64,000 nt of DNA from Pseudomonadota bacterium (GCA_049322755.1 JBMOQX010000072.1:14662-78661); one strand, 5' to 3'; shown: positions 26,797-36,196, numbered from the stretch's first letter. The notes: generated by a model from the letters alone, not told the origin. Numbers and translations are program-made.

Positions 26797-27873
26797 ATGA
26801 TCCGAGCCTTCCTGAAAACGAATGTGTCCGGCGCCGCGTCCCGCCGATCCCGGGCCGCCGCCGCGCCGGCGCTCCTCGCGCTGGCGCTGAGCGCGTGCGC
26901 CGGCACGGTGGACGCCAATGGCGAGCGGCAGTTCCCCAAAGCGGAGGTGGACGCGTTCGCCGGTCGCGTCGCGGCCCAGCACGGGCTGGACGCGGCCGAG
27001 GTGTCGCGGCTGGTGGCCGACGCCCGCTTCCAGCCGCGCATCGTGCAACTGATGGACCGCCCGGCGGAGGCCAAGCCCTGGGCGGACTACCGGGCGATCT
27101 TCATCACGCCGGCGCGCATCGCCGGCGGCGTCGAGTTCTGGGGGGTGCACGAGGAGACCCTGGCGCGGGCGCGCCGGCAGTTCGGCGTTTCCGAGGAAGT
27201 GATCGTCGCCATCATCGGCGTCGAGACCAAGTACGGCACCAACACCGGCTCGTTCCGGGTGCTGGACGCGCTCGCGACGCTGGCGTTCGGCTATCCGCGG
27301 CGCGCCGAATATTTCTCCCGCGAACTGGAGAATTTCGTGCTGCTCACGCGCGACAACGGCCTTGACCCGCTGGCGCTGGAGGGCTCCTACGCCGGCGCCA
27401 TCGGCATTCCCCAGTTCATGCCCAGCAGCTATCGCGCCTATGCGGTGGATTTCGACGGCGACGGCAGGGCGGATCTGGCGGGCAATCCGGTCGACGCCAT
27501 CGGCAGCGTGGCCAACTATCTGGCCAGGCACGGCTGGGCCGAAGGCGCGCCGGTGGCGGTGCAGGCCGAAGTGGGCGATACGGCGCTCGGGACCGACAGC
27601 CGGCCGCGGCGCCAGGTCGCGGAACTGAGGGCCGGCGGCGTCACGCCGCTGGCGCAGGTGGACGACGCGAGCAAGGCGGCGCTGTTGAAATTCGAGATCG
27701 GCGAGGGTGCCGAGTACTGGCTCGGCTTCCAGAACTTTTACGTCATCAAGCGCTACAACAATTCCAATTTCTACGCCATGGCGGTGGCGCAGCTGGCGTC
27801 CGAGATCAAGGGCCTGCGGGAGGCGGTACTGAAAGCGAAAGCCGAGCGCGCGGCCGCCGCGCTCCCGCGTTAG
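26797..27873 (+). CDS. mltB: lytic murein transglycosylase B
   Basis: Lipoprotein signal (ALLALALSACAG). GVETKYGTNTG and AGAIGIPQFMPSSY motifs. Confidence 0.85.
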   Translation: MIRAFLKTNVSGAASRRSRAAAAPALLALALSACAGTVDANGERQFPKAEVDAFAGRVAAQHGLDAAEVSRLVADARFQPRIVQLMDRPAEAKPWADYRAIFITPARIAGGVEFWGVHEETLARARRQFGVSEEVIVAIIGVETKYGTNTGSFRVLDALATLAFGYPRRAEYFSRELENFVLLTRDNGLDPLALEGSYAGAIGIPQFMPSSYRAYAVDFDGDGRADLAGNPVDAIGSVANYLARHGWAEGAPVAVQAEVGDTALGTDSRPRRQVAELRAGGVTPLAQVDDASKAALLKFEIGEGAEYWLGFQNFYVIKRYNNSNFYAMAVAQLASEIKGLREAVLKAKAERAAAALPR

Positions 27874-27917
27874 CGCCGCCGCGGTTGGAAGGCGGCCGCT
27901 ACCGGTCCGGCGCGGCG

Positions 27918-29000
27918 TCAGGCGGCCTGGTCGTGGCGGAACGCCACCACGTGATCGGCCTCCAGGCGAATGCCGATCCTTTCCCCGATGCGGTGATTGT
28001 GGTGGCTGGGCACCAGGGAGAGCACCTCGGCGCCGCTGTCCAGGCGCAGAGTGTAGAGAATGTCGGCGCCGCGGAACGCCTTGTGCATCACTTCCGCCTT
28101 CATCGGGCTCAGGTCGTCGTGCACCACGTCGTCCGGCCGCAGCAGCACGTCGACGAAGCAGTTCCTGCCGCAGGCGGCGCAGTTGTAGGCTTCCGCACAC
28201 TCGTGCGGGATCTCGCCCCGCAGCATCCCGAGCTCGATCTCGACTTCCTTGGGGCTCAGCACCTTGCCGGGGACGAACACGCCCTGGCCGATGAAATCGG
28301 CGACGAAGCGGTTGGCGGGCCGGTGGTAGAGGTTGTAGGGGGCGTCCCACTGCTCGATGCGGCCCTCGTTCATGATGCCCACCTCGTCGGCCATGGCGAA
28401 GGCCTCGTTCTGGTCGTGGGTCACCAGGATCGCGGTGATGTTCTGGCGCTTGAGCAGATCACGCACCTCCTGGGAGAGCCGCGCCCGCAATTCCACGTCC
28501 AGGTTGGAGAAGGGCTCGTCCAGCAGCAGCAGGTCCGGCTCCGGCGCCAGCGCGCGGGCGAGGGCGACGCGCTGCTGCTGGCCGCCGGAGAGCTGGTGCG
28601 GATAGACGCTGCCGGCATGGGCCAGGCCCACCACGTCCAGCAGTTCACCGACGCGCCGGGCCTTGTCCTTGCCCGAGCGCCCGCGCAGGCCGAAGCCGAC
28701 GTTCTCGGCGACGGTGAGATGGGGGAACAGCGCATAGTCCTGGAACACCATGCCGACGCGGCGTTGCTCGGTGGCCACCTGATGGCCGGGCCGGGAGACG
28801 GCGACCCCGTTGATGCGGATCTCGCCGGCGCTCACCGGTTCGAATCCAGCGATGCAGCGCAGCACCGTGGTCTTTCCGCAGCCGCTGGCGCCGAGCAGGC
28901 AGCCGATGCTGCCTCGCTGCAACGACAGCGACAGCCCGTGCAACACCGGGCGGCTGCCGTACGCGTGATGGAGCCGGTCGATTTCAAGCAAGGCGTTCAT
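27918..29000 (-). CDS. fbpC: Fe(3+)/polyamine-type ABC transporter ATP-binding protein
   Basis: Walker A GASGCGKTT, signature LSGGQQQRVALARAL, Walker B LLLDEPFSNLD. C-terminal TOBE-like domain. Confidence 0.88.
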   Translation of the reverse strand: MNALLEIDRLHHAYGSRPVLHGLSLSLQRGSIGCLLGASGCGKTTVLRCIAGFEPVSAGEIRINGVAVSRPGHQVATEQRRVGMVFQDYALFPHLTVAENVGFGLRGRSGKDKARRVGELLDVVGLAHAGSVYPHQLSGGQQQRVALARALAPEPDLLLLDEPFSNLDVELRARLSQEVRDLLKRQNITAILVTHDQNEAFAMADEVGIMNEGRIEQWDAPYNLYHRPANRFVADFIGQGVFVPGKVLSPKEVEIELGMLRGEIPHECAEAYNCAACGRNCFVDVLLRPDDVVHDDLSPMKAEVMHKAFRGADILYTLRLDSGAEVLSLVPSHHNHRIGERIGIRLEADHVVAFRHDQAA

Positions 29001-29043
29001 TGGCCGGCATTTTCTTCCGTTGATCCGGGACGGGACGGATTAT

Positions 29044-29065
29044 GATAATAACTCTTCTCATTATC
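29044..29065. promoter_or_regulatory. Fur-box-like inverted repeat gataataactcttctcattatc
   Basis: GATAAT...ATTATC arms in the 79-bp divergent fbpC/fbpB spacer, which is strongly AT-rich compared with the surrounding GC-rich sequence. The spacing differs from the canonical 9-1-9 box. Confidence 0.55.
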
Positions 29066-29079
29066 AACAAATGTGGGGC

Positions 29080-30774
29080 ATGGTGCCGGTGATTCCAAGG
29101 CGGTTTCACCCTCTGAGAATCGGGGTTATCCCGTGCGCGGCCTTGTCGCTGGTGCCGGTGCTGAGCGTGCTGTTCAACCTGCTCACCGCCGCGCCGACCG
29201 ATGCGTGGGACCACATCGCTCGTACCGTGCTGGCGGATTACATCTGGAACACCGTGTGGCTGGTGCTGGGGGTGGCGGCCGGCGTCACCAGCATGGGCGT
29301 GGTCTCGGCGTGGCTGGTCACCATGTACTCGTTTCCCGGGCGCCGCGCGCTGGAGTGGGCGCTGATCCTGCCCATGGCGATGCCGGCGTACGTGATGGCC
29401 TACGCGTACACGGATTTCTTCCAGCTCACCGGGCCGCTGCAGACCTGGCTGCGCGAGCTGACCGGGTGGGGGCCGCGCGACTACTGGTTTCCGGAGATCC
29501 GCTCGCTGCCGGGCGCCATCGCCATGTTCATGTTCACGCTCTATCCCTACGTCTACCTGCTCGCGCGCACTGCGTTCCTGGAGCGCTCGGAGGCGATGCT
29601 GGAAGCCGCCCGCACCCTCGGCCACGGCCCCTGGAGCGCGTTCTTTCGCGTGTCGCTGCCGATGGCGCGTCCCGCGCTGGTCGCCGGTTCCGCGCTGGCG
29701 CTGATGGAGACACTGGCGGATTTCGGCACCGTGGCGTATTTCGGCGTGCAGACCTTCACCACCGGCATCTACCGCGCGTGGTTCTCGATGGGCGACCGGG
29801 TGGTGGCGGCGCAGCTGTCCGCGTCGCTGCTGGGTTTCGTGCTGCTGGTGCTGACGCTGGAGCGGCTGAGCCGCGGCCGCGCGCGTTTCTACAACACCAG
29901 CCAGCGGGACAAGGCCCACGTCGCGCGGCGGCTCGCCGGCGGGCGTGCGGCGCTGGCGTTCGTTGCCTGCGCGCTGCCTTTGGGCTTCGGCTTCCTGCTG
30001 CCGGCGGGCATCCTGGCGCATCTGGCCTGGTCGGTGGAAAACGCGGGCTTCGGCGCGCGCTTCGTCGGCCTCGCGACCAACACCGTAACGCTGGCCGCCG
30101 TGACCGCGGTGATTGCCGTGGCGCTGTCGCTGGCGTTCGTCTACAACGCGCGGCTGTATCCGGGTCCCCTGGCGCGCGGGCTCAACCGCCTGGTGAGCCT
30201 CGGCTACGCCGTGCCGGGCATCGTGATCGCGGTCGGCGTGCTGATCCCGCTGGCGCGCTTCGACAATGCGCTGGACGCCTGGATGCGCGAGGCGTTCGGC
30301 GTCTCCACCGGGCTGCTGCTCACCGGCACCATGACCGCGCTGGTCTACGCCTACCTGGTGCGGTTCATGTCGGCGTCGCTGCAGACGGTGGATGCGGGCC
30401 TGGCGAAGATCCGTCCCAGCATGGACGACGCCGCGCGCAGCCTCGGCGCCGGGCCGGTGGAGACGCTGCGCCGGGTGCACGCGCCGATGCTGGCGAAGAG
30501 CCTGCTGGTGGCGGGGCTGATCGTGTTCGTCGACGTGATGAAGGAGCTGCCGGCGACGCTGGTGATGCGGCCGTTCAACCTCGATACGCTGGCCACCCAC
30601 GTCTACAACCTGGCCGCCGACGAGCGCCTGGCGGAGGCGGCGCTGCCGTCGCTGGCCATCGTCGCCGTCGGGCTGGTGCCGCTGATTGTGATCGCACGCT
30701 CGATGGCGGCGACGAAAAAGGCGGCGGCCGACGTGCCGGCCACCGCCCTGGTGCCCGCGGGAGGGGCGGGCTGA
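29080..30774 (+). CDS. fbpB: iron(III) ABC transporter permease (duplicated permease domains)
   Basis: ~565 aa with about 12 TM segments and two EAA-like loops (EAARTLGHGPWSAFFRVSLP; DAARSLGAGPVETLRRVHAP). An alternative ATG lies at 29071. Confidence 0.88.
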   Translation: MVPVIPRRFHPLRIGVIPCAALSLVPVLSVLFNLLTAAPTDAWDHIARTVLADYIWNTVWLVLGVAAGVTSMGVVSAWLVTMYSFPGRRALEWALILPMAMPAYVMAYAYTDFFQLTGPLQTWLRELTGWGPRDYWFPEIRSLPGAIAMFMFTLYPYVYLLARTAFLERSEAMLEAARTLGHGPWSAFFRVSLPMARPALVAGSALALMETLADFGTVAYFGVQTFTTGIYRAWFSMGDRVVAAQLSASLLGFVLLVLTLERLSRGRARFYNTSQRDKAHVARRLAGGRAALAFVACALPLGFGFLLPAGILAHLAWSVENAGFGARFVGLATNTVTLAAVTAVIAVALSLAFVYNARLYPGPLARGLNRLVSLGYAVPGIVIAVGVLIPLARFDNALDAWMREAFGVSTGLLLTGTMTALVYAYLVRFMSASLQTVDAGLAKIRPSMDDAARSLGAGPVETLRRVHAPMLAKSLLVAGLIVFVDVMKELPATLVMRPFNLDTLATHVYNLAADERLAEAALPSLAIVAVGLVPLIVIARSMAATKKAAADVPATALVPAGGAG

Positions 30775-30784
30775 AAACCGGCCG

Positions 30785-31819
30785 TTACTTCCAGCCGACG
30801 AGGTCGAACAGCTTCTGCGCCGCCGGCTGGTGCCGGCCGAGCTCGCCGACGTTGAGCGGGTCGGCCTTGAACTTGCCCAGCTGCGCGAGCGCGGGATTGC
30901 TGAACGACGCGCTCTCCACCACCGGCCATTCGTTGTTGCCGCCGGCGAAGTAGGCCTGGGCCGCGTCGCCGGCCAGATACTCGAGGAACTTCACCGCGGC
31001 GTCCTTGTGCGGCGCGGTCTTCACCAGGCCGGCGCCGGAGATGTTGACGTGGGTGCCGCGGCCGTCCTGGTCGGGGAAGACGACGCCGGTCCGGGCCACC
31101 ACCTCCTTGTCCGCCGGCTTGTCGGAGTTCATCAGCCGCACGTAGTAGTAGTGGTTGGCGATGGCGACATCGCACTCGCCGGCGGCCACCGCCTTGATCT
31201 GGTCGGTATCGCCGCCCTTCGGATCGCGCGCGAAGTTCTCGCGCACGCCCCTGGCCCAGGCCTGGGCCTGGGTCTCGCCGTCGTGGGCGATCTTCGCCGC
31301 CAGCAGCGACAGGTTGTAGATGTTGGTGGACGAGCGCACGCAGACGCGGCCTTTCCACTTCGGATCGGCGAGGTCGGCGTAGGATCTGATCTCGCCCGCC
31401 TTCACCTTGTCCCTGTTGTAGACGATGATCCGCGCCCGGTAGGAGAAACCGAACCAGCGGCCCCCGGGATCGCGGAAGGCGGCGGGAATCCGGCTTTCCA
31501 GCGTGGCCGATTTCACCGGTGCGAAGATGCCGGCCTGCTCGGCGCGCCACAACCGTCCGGCGTCGACGGTGATGAGCACATCGGCGGGGCTGTTGGCGCC
31601 CTCGCTCTTGATGCGCTCGATCAGCGCGTCGTCCTTGCCCTCGATCAGGTTCACCTTGATGCCCGTGGCCTTGGTGAAATCGCCATAGAGGCGCTCGTCG
31701 GTCTGGTAATGGCGCGACGAATAGACGTTGACGACTTTTTCCTGGGCTGGCGCCGAGGGCGCCAGCGCCATGGCGGCGACGGCCAGCAGGGCAGCGGAAG
31801 TGGCCCGGACCCGGGTCAT
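30785..31819 (-). CDS. fbpA: Fe(3+) ABC transporter periplasmic substrate-binding protein
   Basis: Signal peptide, then VVNVYSSRHYQTDE..., typical of FbpA/AfuA. AAGGAG RBS before the ATG at 31819. Confidence 0.9.
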   Translation of the reverse strand: MTRVRATSAALLAVAAMALAPSAPAQEKVVNVYSSRHYQTDERLYGDFTKATGIKVNLIEGKDDALIERIKSEGANSPADVLITVDAGRLWRAEQAGIFAPVKSATLESRIPAAFRDPGGRWFGFSYRARIIVYNRDKVKAGEIRSYADLADPKWKGRVCVRSSTNIYNLSLLAAKIAHDGETQAQAWARGVRENFARDPKGGDTDQIKAVAAGECDVAIANHYYYVRLMNSDKPADKEVVARTGVVFPDQDGRGTHVNISGAGLVKTAPHKDAAVKFLEYLAGDAAQAYFAGGNNEWPVVESASFSNPALAQLGKFKADPLNVGELGRHQPAAQKLFDLVGWK

Positions 31820-31882
31820 GACGTTTCTCCTTGGTCGAATCGTTCGGCGCGGTCGGCGCCGAGGGGTTGGGGAAAGTGCTCG

Positions 31883-31942
31883 TTGACACGCAAACAAGAA
31901 TAATTATTATTTGCTGTACCTGTCAACAACAATCATTCTCAT
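31883..31942. promoter_or_regulatory. promoter region with Fur-box-like AT-rich sites (aagaataattattatttgc; aacaatcattctcatc) and a TTGACA -35
   Basis: By hand, 12/19 positions match GATAATGATAATCATTATC at 31895-31914. A second AATCATTnTC lies at 31929-31938. The region sits between divergent fbpA and the 31955 gene. Confidence 0.5.
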
Positions 31943-31954
31943 CCAGATCTTTCC

Positions 31955-32251
31955 ATGAACGCCATGATCATCGGCCGGCCGCCGTCGCAGACGCTGCAGA
32001 ATGCGCTGAATCGATTGAATATCCGGATGGTCCGATGGCTCGCGGGGGACAACGTCGTATTGTTCCCGACGGCCATCGCCCCCGAGATCAACGTGGTGAT
32101 TATTTTGGAGGACTTCAGCAGTCCGAAACTGGCGCGATGCGCCCGGCAGCGGGCCGAGCGACGGTCGATTCCGGTGCTTCGTTGCGTTCCCAGCGTGAGC
32201 GCTCTGGCCGGCGCATGGAGCGCGGCGTTCCGGGGACCCGCCCTCGTTTGA
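31955..32251 (+). CDS. hypothetical protein (98 aa), possibly DUF2325-like
   Basis: Complete ORF downstream of the Fur-like promoter. VVIILEDFSSPKLARCARQRAERRSIPVLRC resembles the DUF2325 pattern from memory only. Confidence 0.4.
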   Translation: MNAMIIGRPPSQTLQNALNRLNIRMVRWLAGDNVVLFPTAIAPEINVVIILEDFSSPKLARCARQRAERRSIPVLRCVPSVSALAGAWSAAFRGPALV

Positions 32252-32290
32252 TCCTCCTGCGTGCTGCGCGACCGCCCGACCGGTCGCGAC

Positions 32291-32944
32291 CTACCGCCGC
32301 GGGAAGCCGTCGGGCGTGGCGAAGCGGATCACCGTGAACAGCCGCCCCTCGAACCAGGCGTCGTAATTGATGCCGTCGGCCAGTTCCCAGACGCGGAAAC
32401 CCCGCTGCGGGGCCGGCTCGATGGCGACAAACCGGATGTGGGGCGTGAGCAGCCGGACGCTCGCCGAGACCCGCATGGGGTAATAGCCGTCGAGGAACCG
32501 GCGCATGAACGGGCCGTTGCTCAACGTGTAGGTGCCGTCGCCGTGGTTGCGCAGCGCCAGCGCTTCGGCGCGCAGGCAGACTTCCGCCTCCGCGCCCACG
32601 TCGCGCAGCTGCACCGACGGCCCCTCCACCCAGGCGCGGCCGACATTGCCCGCCTTCACGACTTCCAGATTGCGGATCCGCTCCGGGTTGAAGACGATCT
32701 GCGTGGCCGGCACCCGGTCCAGGTTCTCGTGGCACTGGGTCAGCACCGTCCAGCCATCCTCCAGGCTGCGCTCCGAGATCTGGATCGCATTGTGGTGGTG
32801 GTGGACGGGCTTGAGCGGCGGTTGGTCCAGAAAAACCAGACGGCCCTCATTGACTTCCGCCGCGCCCTTTTCGGCGCCGGCCGGGGGCACGGCCGCCACC
32901 AGGGCGCAGACGAGGACGGCGGGAATCCAGAGCGGTCGGAACAT
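32291..32944 (-). CDS. secreted hypothetical protein (217 aa) with a His4 tract
   Basis: Signal peptide MFRPLWIPAVLVCALVAAVPPAGA. KPVHHHHNAIQ tract. No family recognised. Confidence 0.6.
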   Translation of the reverse strand: MFRPLWIPAVLVCALVAAVPPAGAEKGAAEVNEGRLVFLDQPPLKPVHHHHNAIQISERSLEDGWTVLTQCHENLDRVPATQIVFNPERIRNLEVVKAGNVGRAWVEGPSVQLRDVGAEAEVCLRAEALALRNHGDGTYTLSNGPFMRRFLDGYYPMRVSASVRLLTPHIRFVAIEPAPQRGFRVWELADGINYDAWFEGRLFTVIRFATPDGFPRR

Positions 32945-33025
32945 GGGGACGCCCTATCGTAGCAAAGGTTGCTGCTGTGACTGCGAAATGCGCCCGGCGT
33001 TGCAGGCGTGCCGTCCACGGCGGAG

Positions 33026-33066
33026 TTGATCTGCATCAACCTGCCGCCGGGTCAGCCGGCTATACT
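33026..33066 (+). promoter_or_regulatory. FNR/Dnr box TTGATctgcATCAA (33026-33039) + 21-nt spacer + -10 TATACT (33061-33066)
   Basis: Perfect match to the TTGAT-N4-ATCAA consensus. The geometry puts the site at about -41.5, as in class II promoters. Lies upstream of hoxF. Confidence 0.7.
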
Positions 33067-33111
33067 GAGAGCGGTCGGTGGCGCGACGGCAGCGTGACCG
33101 GCAAATTCACC

Positions 33112-34908
33112 ATGCGCAGCGCGACCGGCATCTCCGATACCGTATCGTCCATTGCAGCGCGCCACGGCAACGATCCGTCGCGGCTGCTCACGATGCTTTG
33201 CGACGTGCAGGATGCGCTCGGCGGCGTCCCCGGCGACGCCGTGGAGACGCTGGCGTCGCAGCTCGCGGTGCCGCGCACCGACGTCAACGCGCTGCTGTCC
33301 TTCTACGCCTTTTTCGAGCCGAATCCGCGCCCGCGCTACACCATTCTCTTCAGCGGCAACGTGATCGACGACATGGCCGGCAAGGCGGCGATGAAGGACC
33401 GCCTGTGCCAGCGCCTGTGGGTCGAGCCCGGCAAGGTGTCCGAGGACCGGCTGGTGTACGTGGGCGACACGTCCTGCATCGGGATGGGCGACCACGCGCC
33501 GGCGGCCCTGGTGAACGGCATCGCCGTGCCGCGGCTCACGCCGGATCGCCTCGATGCGGTCTGCGAGCAGATCCTCGCCGGTCACCCGGTGGCGCAATGG
33601 CCCGCCGATCTGCTGGCGGTGGCCGACAACATCCGCCGCACCGACCGGCTGCTGAACGAGCCGGTGGCGCCGGGCGCCGGTCTGCGCCGGGCGCTCGCGC
33701 TCGGCCCCGAGGCCATGCTGGAGGAACTCGTGGCGTCGAATCTGCGCGGCCGCGGCGGCGCCGGCTACCCGACTGCGCGCAAGTGGAGTTCCTGCCGCGC
33801 CGCGCCCGGCACGGCCCACTGGGTGGTGTGCAACGCCGATGAGGGCGAGCCCGGAACGTTCAAGGACCGGGTGCTGCTGGCGAGCCACGCCCACCAGGTG
33901 GTGGAGGGGATGACGCTGGCGGGGTATCTGGTGGGCGCCCGCCGCGGCTTCGTCTATCTCCGCGGCGAGTATCGCTACCTGCGGCCGGCGCTGGAGGCGA
34001 CGCTCGCGCGCCGCCGCGAGGCCGGGATTCTGGGCGAAGCGATCCTGGGCCGCGGCGGGTTCGACTTCGACATCGAGATCGTGGTGGGGGCCGGCGCCTA
34101 CATCTGCGGCGAGGAATCGGCCCTGATCGACTCGCTGGAGGGCAAGCCGGGGCGCCCGCGCAACCGGCCGCCGTACCCGGACACCCAGGGCTACCTGGAC
34201 CAGCCGACGGTGGTGAACAATCCCGAGACGCTGGCCAAGGCCGCCGCGGTCGCGGCCTACGGACGCGACTGGCTCACCTCGCGCGGCACGCCGGAGTCCA
34301 CCGGCACCAAGCTGATCAGCGTCTCCGGCGACTGCGAGCGTCCCGGCATCTACGAGCTGCCGTTCGGCGTCACGGTGCGCGAGGTGCTGGACGCCTGCGG
34401 CGCGCGCGACACCCAGGCGGTGCAGGTGAGCGGGCCCTCGGGGACCTGCGTGTCGTGGCGCGAGTTCGACCGGCGCATCGCCTTCGAGGACCTGGCCACG
34501 GCCGGCGCGTTCATGGTGTTCGACCGCAGCCGAGACCTGTTCGAGGTGGCGCGCAACTTCGCCCACTTCTTCGCCCACGAAAGCTGCGGCTTCTGCACGC
34601 CGTGCCGGGTCGGCACGCCGATCCTGGCGCGCACCATGGACAAGCTGGCGCGCGGGCGCGGCACCGCCCACGACATGGCGGAGATGCGGCGTGTGAGCCG
34701 CATCCTGCGGGAGATGAGCCACTGCGCGCTGGGCCACACCGCCGCCAACCCGGTGGTGCAGACCATGGAGAAGTTCCCCCAGGCCTACGAGCGGCGGCTG
34801 AAGGCTTTGACCTTCGAGCCCAGCTTCGACCTCGACGAGGCGCTGGCGCCGGCGCGCCGGATTACCGGCCGCGACGATCCGTGGGCGCACCTGGAGGAAT
34901 CGCCGTGA
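33112..34908 (+). CDS. hoxF: NAD-reducing [NiFe] hydrogenase diaphorase subunit HoxF (NuoE-like + NuoF-like)
   Basis: NuoF motifs: GRGGAGYPTARKW, NADEGEPGTFKDR, ESCGFCTPCRVG. Confidence 0.9.
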   Translation: MRSATGISDTVSSIAARHGNDPSRLLTMLCDVQDALGGVPGDAVETLASQLAVPRTDVNALLSFYAFFEPNPRPRYTILFSGNVIDDMAGKAAMKDRLCQRLWVEPGKVSEDRLVYVGDTSCIGMGDHAPAALVNGIAVPRLTPDRLDAVCEQILAGHPVAQWPADLLAVADNIRRTDRLLNEPVAPGAGLRRALALGPEAMLEELVASNLRGRGGAGYPTARKWSSCRAAPGTAHWVVCNADEGEPGTFKDRVLLASHAHQVVEGMTLAGYLVGARRGFVYLRGEYRYLRPALEATLARRREAGILGEAILGRGGFDFDIEIVVGAGAYICGEESALIDSLEGKPGRPRNRPPYPDTQGYLDQPTVVNNPETLAKAAAVAAYGRDWLTSRGTPESTGTKLISVSGDCERPGIYELPFGVTVREVLDACGARDTQAVQVSGPSGTCVSWREFDRRIAFEDLATAGAFMVFDRSRDLFEVARNFAHFFAHESCGFCTPCRVGTPILARTMDKLARGRGTAHDMAEMRRVSRILREMSHCALGHTAANPVVQTMEKFPQAYERRLKALTFEPSFDLDEALAPARRITGRDDPWAHLEESP

Positions 34909-35636
34909 GCGAGTCGGCCAGCTTCACCCTCGACGGGCGCGAGGTGCGGTTTGCGCCCGGCGAAACCGTCATGCGGGCGGCGCTCGGCGCCGGCGTCTAC
35001 ATCCCGCACCTGTGCTATCACCCGGACTACGTTCCCCACGGCAGCTGCAAGCTGTGCACCGTGAGCGTGAACGGCAAGCACGCCGCCGCCTGCACCACCC
35101 GCGCGGCGGCGGGGATGCGGGTCGAGAACGAGACCCCCGCGCTCAACGACATGCGCCGGGCGCTGATCCAGATGCTGTTCGTGGAGGGCAACCACACCTG
35201 TCCGGCGTGCGAGAAGACCGGCGCCTGCGAGCTGCAGGCGGTGGCCTACCACGTGGGCATGACGACGCCGCATTTCGAGCATTTCTTCCCCAGCCGCGAT
35301 CTCGACGCGTCGCACCCCGACGTGTTCCTGGACCGCAACCGCTGCATCCTGTGCGAGCTGTGCGTGCGCGCGAGCCGCGACGCCGACGGCAAGCGCGTGT
35401 TCGCCATCAACGGCCGCGGCATCCGCTCCCGCCTGGTGGTGAACTCGTTGAGCGGGCGCCTGGGCGACAGCGATCTGGCGGCCGGCGACGCGGCGGTGGC
35501 GGTGTGCCCGGTCGGGGCGATCCTGCGCAAGGGCGCCGCTTGGAAGACGCCCATCGGCGAGCGGCGCTACGACAAGGCCCCCATCGCGGAAGTGTCCGTG
35601 CGGGACTACGCGCAGCGCAGGCGCCGCCATGGCTGA
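34905..35636 (+). CDS. hoxU: hydrogenase diaphorase subunit HoxU (2Fe-2S/4Fe-4S, NuoG N-terminal-like)
   Basis: The GTG at 34905 overlaps the hoxF stop (GTGA). Motifs CYHPDYVPHGSCKLC, HTCPACEKTGACELQ, CILCELCVRA. Confidence 0.9.
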   Translation: MSESASFTLDGREVRFAPGETVMRAALGAGVYIPHLCYHPDYVPHGSCKLCTVSVNGKHAAACTTRAAAGMRVENETPALNDMRRALIQMLFVEGNHTCPACEKTGACELQAVAYHVGMTTPHFEHFFPSRDLDASHPDVFLDRNRCILCELCVRASRDADGKRVFAINGRGIRSRLVVNSLSGRLGDSDLAAGDAAVAVCPVGAILRKGAAWKTPIGERRYDKAPIAEVSVRDYAQRRRRHG

Positions 35637-36168
35637 CAAGCTGCGCGTCGCCACCACGTCGCTGGCGGGCTGTTTCGGTTGCCACATGTCGCTGCTGGAC
35701 ATCGACGAGCGCGTGCTGGAGCTGGCGCGGCAGGTCGAGTTCGACCGCTCGCCGCTCACCGACATCAAGCGTTGCGGAGCCTGCGACGTCGGGCTGGTGG
35801 AGGGCGGCATCTGCAACGCCGAGAACGTCCACGTGCTGAAGGAGTTCCGCCGCAACTGCCGTATCCTGGTTTCCGTGGGCGCGTGCGCGATCAACGGTGG
35901 CGTGCCGGCGATGCGCAACAACATTCCGCTGCGCTCCTGCCTGCAGGAGGTCTACGAGACCGAAGGCGGGCTGGAGCGCGGCGGCATCCCCAACGACGTC
36001 GAGCTGCCGCTGCCGTTCGACAAGGTGCGGCCGATCCACGAGGTGGTGCACGTGGACTACTTCCTGCCCGGCTGTCCGCCGCCCGCCGAGGCGTTCTGGC
36101 GGCTGCTCACGGACCTGCTGGCGGGGCGCCAGCCGGCGCCGGACCCGGCGTGGCTGCGCTACGACTAG
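35629..36168 (+). CDS. hoxY: [NiFe] hydrogenase small subunit HoxY
   Basis: LAGCFGCHMSLLD ... VGACAINGG ... LPGCPP, the NuoB-like small-subunit pattern. Overlaps the hoxU stop. Confidence 0.92.
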   Translation: MADKLRVATTSLAGCFGCHMSLLDIDERVLELARQVEFDRSPLTDIKRCGACDVGLVEGGICNAENVHVLKEFRRNCRILVSVGACAINGGVPAMRNNIPLRSCLQEVYETEGGLERGGIPNDVELPLPFDKVRPIHEVVHVDYFLPGCPPPAEAFWRLLTDLLAGRQPAPDPAWLRYD

Positions 36169-36196
36169 CGGCGACGCGTTGACGCAGGAGAGGCGC

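Noticed and set aside
33112-33600. The NuoE-like N-terminal domain of HoxF retains only one of the four [2Fe-2S] cysteine ligands (ILFSGNVIDDMAG; TSCIGMGDHAP).
   Set aside because: As far as I recall, the NuoE-like part of HoxF in HoxE-less, Cupriavidus/Hydrogenophilus-type NAD-reducing hydrogenases also lacks this cluster. This is probably the normal state of the subfamily rather than a novelty.
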